23,797 nucleotides of DNA. Source: an uncultured Pseudomonadota bacterium. GTDB lineage: Bacteria > Myxococcota_A > Polyangia > Fen-1088. The stretch's first letter is position 1; the number at the start of each line of letters is the position of its first letter. The translations under genes were made by a program, and so were the position numbers. The DNA is taken from NCBI GenBank assembly GCA_963847705.1, contig CAWKBC010000018.1, positions 1 through 23,797 on the forward strand, read 5' to 3'. This document shows positions 20,688-23,797 of this stretch, piece after piece. The notes beneath the pieces are model-generated. The model saw only the letters and a program-made list of their open reading frames with translations. It was not told the origin of the DNA and made no database searches.

Positions 20688-23045
20688 ATGAAACAGCGGG
20701 ACGCTTCATATCGCAGTAACAGCCGTTCGCGCGCCGCGAGCGGATCGAAGTGGGGCTTCGCCGCGGCGCTCGTGCTTGGTATTGCCGGCACGATCGGTCT
20801 CGGGGGGCGCACGGCGCGCGCCGACGATGTCGATGACACCGTCAAGAAGCTGATCGACCTCGACCAGCGCGTCCACTTGATGTCGCTGGAGTTCAAGGAG
20901 GCGCCGCCGCCGCCGCCGGACGCCGCCGACCGCCGGGTCCTGGACGCGCAGGTCCAGCTCTCGGTGAAGAACTACGACGAGGCGGCGACGATCGCGCTCG
21001 ACGTCGTCGAGAAGTACCCCAACACCCGGGCCTACGACGACGCGCTGTACCTCCTCGGGGAGGCGCTGTTCCAGGGGCACGACTACTACTCCGCCCGCCA
21101 CTACCTGCAGGAAGCGGTCGCCAAGAACACCGGGTCGAAGGCGGAGCAGCAGGCGCTGCAGCGGCTGGTGGAGGTCGCTCTGCGCACCGGCGACTACGAG
21201 AACGTCGATGTCTACCTGAAGCGTCTCGAGAACCTCCCGGCCTCGGCGATGGAGCCGAGCGTCCCCTACGTCCGCGCCAAGTACCTCTACTTCCGCGGCC
21301 GGCTCGATGAGGCCCAGGCGGTCTTCTCCTCGATCCCGGCGACCAACCCCTACTACTTCCAGGCGCGCTACTTCCTGGCGACCATCATGGTCAAGCGGGG
21401 CGACCTGGCCGGCGCGTCGACCGCGTACGACGATCTGCTCAAGCAGCAGCCGCCCGACGATGAGGCCAAGGACATTCAGGACCTGGCGCGGCTGGCGATC
21501 GCCCGGATCCTGTACGAACGGTCGCAGTTCGACAAAGCGATCGAGGTCTACCTGGCCGTCCCCCGGCAGTCGCGCTACTGGTCGGAGGCGCTGCGCGAGC
21601 AGGCCTGGACCTACATCAAGGCGAAGGACTGGCAGCGCGCTTATCGCTCGGTGAACCTGCTGCTGCTCTACGATCCGGACACCGCCGACGCGCCCGACCT
21701 CCGGCTGCTCGAGGGGAACCTCGAGCTGCGGATGAACAACTTCTATCTGGCCAGCGACGAGTTCAGCAAGGTGCGCGACGAGTTCGAGCCGATTCACCGG
21801 CAGTTGCAGCAAGTCATCGTCAAGTCGCAGACCGATCCGGCCTACTTCGATTCGCTGGTCGGAAAGAGCCTCGACAAGTTCGACATCGGCGTCTTCATCC
21901 CCCCCACGGCCGCCAAGTGGGTGAAGGCGGAGCCGGACGTCGCCCGCATGATGTCGCTGGCCAGTGACGTCGGCGAGATGCAGCACGATCTGGTCGACAG
22001 CCAAAAGTTGGTGGAGCGGATTGAGCACGCCATGGAAGGGACCGGGCGCGTCGGGATCTTCCCCGACCTGGCGGCCGCGCGCACCAAGTCGGTCGAGGCG
22101 ATGAACGAGATTGTCGGCACGCGCGAGAGGTTCGTGCAGAAGATTCGGGCCATCATCGACCCGGTCTTGACGCCGGAGGAGCGCCGTCAGCTCGACCAGC
22201 TGGCCATCCTCCGCGACGGCTACAGCCGCCAGGCCTCCGACCTCCCCACCACGGATGAAGGCTTCAAGGAACACGAGCACTCCATGAAGGAGCGGTTCGG
22301 CGACCTCGACAAGCAGGTCTCCGAGCTGAACGTCGAGATCCAGGCCCTTGAAGCGCAGCTGGTGGCGCTGGAGCAGTACTACCGGGTCTCCCGCTCCGAG
22401 CAGAAGATCCGGCCGGAGGACATCGAGGCGCCCGTTCGCGACATGCGCGCCGCGATCGAGGAGCTGCGCACGATGCACGACAAGCTGCGCGAACAGATTG
22501 CCGACGCGACCCACGACGCCAGCGCCGCCGGCTCGACCGGTCAGGCCGAGCGCGAAGCCACCCAGAAGCTGGCCGGCGTGCTCGCGCAGGAGCTGGTCAT
22601 CGAACGGCAGGCAGCGGCCCGCTTGAGCGGCACCGATCGCGGCGAGGTCGACCGGGTGAACGACGTGCTGTCGCGCTGCGACGCCATCCAGACGCAGCTC
22701 GATGGGTTCGACAAGCGGGTGGACGGACAGGCCACCGTCCGCCTCGCCATGGTGAGCCGCTACCTGACGGCCGAGAAGGAAGAGCTGGCCTCGGCCAGCG
22801 ACAAGCTGGGCGGGATCCTCGACGAATCGAAGTCGCTGGGCGGCGGCCTGGCCCAGGCGATGTTCACCAAGGTCGCGGACAAGTTCTACGACCTGGTGGT
22901 CCGGTCGGACGTCGGCATCATCGACGTCTCCTGGGGTCTCAAGGACCAGAAGACCCAGGCGGTCACCAAGCTCACCAACCTCAAGAACCTCGAGCTCAAG
23001 GCCCTCGACGAGGACTTCCGCAAGGTGCTCGAGGAGGACAAGTGA
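20688..23045 (+). CDS. Secreted tetratricopeptide-repeat and coiled-coil protein
   Basis: Signal peptide (ARA-DD); TPR-like units (YDDALYLLGEALF, ARYFLATIM, ARLAIARILYE, ALREQAWTY); long C-terminal coiled coil. Start 20685 or 20688. Confidence 0.88.
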   Translation: MKQRDASYRSNSRSRAASGSKWGFAAALVLGIAGTIGLGGRTARADDVDDTVKKLIDLDQRVHLMSLEFKEAPPPPPDAADRRVLDAQVQLSVKNYDEAATIALDVVEKYPNTRAYDDALYLLGEALFQGHDYYSARHYLQEAVAKNTGSKAEQQALQRLVEVALRTGDYENVDVYLKRLENLPASAMEPSVPYVRAKYLYFRGRLDEAQAVFSSIPATNPYYFQARYFLATIMVKRGDLAGASTAYDDLLKQQPPDDEAKDIQDLARLAIARILYERSQFDKAIEVYLAVPRQSRYWSEALREQAWTYIKAKDWQRAYRSVNLLLLYDPDTADAPDLRLLEGNLELRMNNFYLASDEFSKVRDEFEPIHRQLQQVIVKSQTDPAYFDSLVGKSLDKFDIGVFIPPTAAKWVKAEPDVARMMSLASDVGEMQHDLVDSQKLVERIEHAMEGTGRVGIFPDLAAARTKSVEAMNEIVGTRERFVQKIRAIIDPVLTPEERRQLDQLAILRDGYSRQASDLPTTDEGFKEHEHSMKERFGDLDKQVSELNVEIQALEAQLVALEQYYRVSRSEQKIRPEDIEAPVRDMRAAIEELRTMHDKLREQIADATHDASAAGSTGQAEREATQKLAGVLAQELVIERQAAARLSGTDRGEVDRVNDVLSRCDAIQTQLDGFDKRVDGQATVRLAMVSRYLTAEKEELASASDKLGGILDESKSLGGGLAQAMFTKVADKFYDLVVRSDVGIIDVSWGLKDQKTQAVTKLTNLKNLELKALDEDFRKVLEEDK

Positions 23046-23797
23046 GCGGGGGAGCCAACAGATTGTCTAGACCCATGCGCGTGCGCCCCCTGGCGCTGGC
23101 GCTGGCGGGCTGCCTGCTCGTCGGCGTGACGGTCGATTCGCGGGCGGCGCGCGCCGCCAACGCCGCCCCCAAGCAGGTCACGGTCGATCCCCGCCTCCTC
23201 GACGACATGGCGAAGGACGTTCAGCACTTCGCCGAGATGGTCGCCGAGTACCGCGGCACCGCCCGGCAGATCCTGAAGCGCGCCTACCAGGAAAAGATCA
23301 AGGAGATCAACGCCAAGTACGACATGCAGATCGATCTCGACGATCGCGAGGCCCGCGATCGCCGGCGCGACGCGATCGCGATGTTCGAGGCGTTCCTGCT
23401 CAAGTACCCGAACGACAAGCGCTGGACGCCGGACGCCATGTTCCGCCTGGCCGAGCTCTACTACGAGAAGTCCGCCGAGGAATACCTGGACGCCGACGAG
23501 GCCTACAAGAAGGCGATCGACAGCCCCAACCCCCCCACCACGCCGCCGCCGCGGGTCGACTACACGCCGACCATCAACCTCTACCGGCGCTTGCTGACGG
23601 AGTTCCCCAACTATCGGTTCCTGGACGCGACCTACTACCTGCTCGGCTTCTGCCTGGGGGAAATGGGCGAGGACGCGCAGGCCAAGCAGGCGCTCCTGGC
23701 GCTGGTCTGCGCCAACAAGTACAAGCCGCTCGATCCGCCGGCCCAGGCGCCACCGGTGAAGATCGTCTCCAAGGGTTCCACCACCGGCGGCACCGGC
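23042..23797 (+). CDS. Secreted TPR protein (GltD/AgmU-like family), truncated by the window end
   Basis: Absent from the ORF track because it has no stop in the window. GTG at 23042 overlaps the previous stop (alternative ATG at 23075). Reads ...AIAMFEAFLLKYPNDKRWTPDAMFRLAELYYEKS...LYRRLLTEFPNYRFLDATYYLLGFCL... Confidence 0.8.
   Translation, partial: MSGGANRLSRPMRVRPLALALAGCLLVGVTVDSRAARAANAAPKQVTVDPRLLDDMAKDVQHFAEMVAEYRGTARQILKRAYQEKIKEINAKYDMQIDLDDREARDRRRDAIAMFEAFLLKYPNDKRWTPDAMFRLAELYYEKSAEEYLDADEAYKKAIDSPNPPTTPPPRVDYTPTINLYRRLLTEFPNYRFLDATYYLLGFCLGEMGEDAQAKQALLALVCANKYKPLDPPAQAPPVKIVSKGSTTGGTG

Overview
Very GC-rich (about 70% by eye) chromosomal segment, most likely from a myxobacterium (Myxococcota), judged from a Pph1-like PP2C phosphatase, a myxobacterial-type PilZ protein and a cluster of secreted TPR proteins. 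It is mostly housekeeping and envelope genes: an OmpA-domain protein; a translationally coupled lipoprotein / POT peptide transporter / prolyl oligopeptidase / ddl operon; ugd; an NDP-sugar nucleotidyltransferase-like gene; pph1; a DAG-kinase-family gene; a conserved hypothetical gene; PilZ; a lipoprotein; gatCAB; rplU-rpmA-obgE; and the start of a secreted TPR cluster. Three things are not explained by this list. (1) An intact solo IS21/IstA-derived ORF (6831-7877) has lost two of the three DDE catalytic residues, the first HTH, istB and recognisable ends, so it looks domesticated. (2) It is followed by a 430-bp highly structured non-coding region with a 45-bp tandem duplication and a ~150-bp imperfect palindrome that is not an intrinsic terminator. 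(3) A ~72-bp palindromic repeat family occurs at five loci, three of them translated in frame inside proteins (prolyl oligopeptidase loop, GatB N-terminus, DAG-kinase C-terminus) and one amplified as a 3x49-bp array. All family assignments come from motif recognition by eye; no database search was run.
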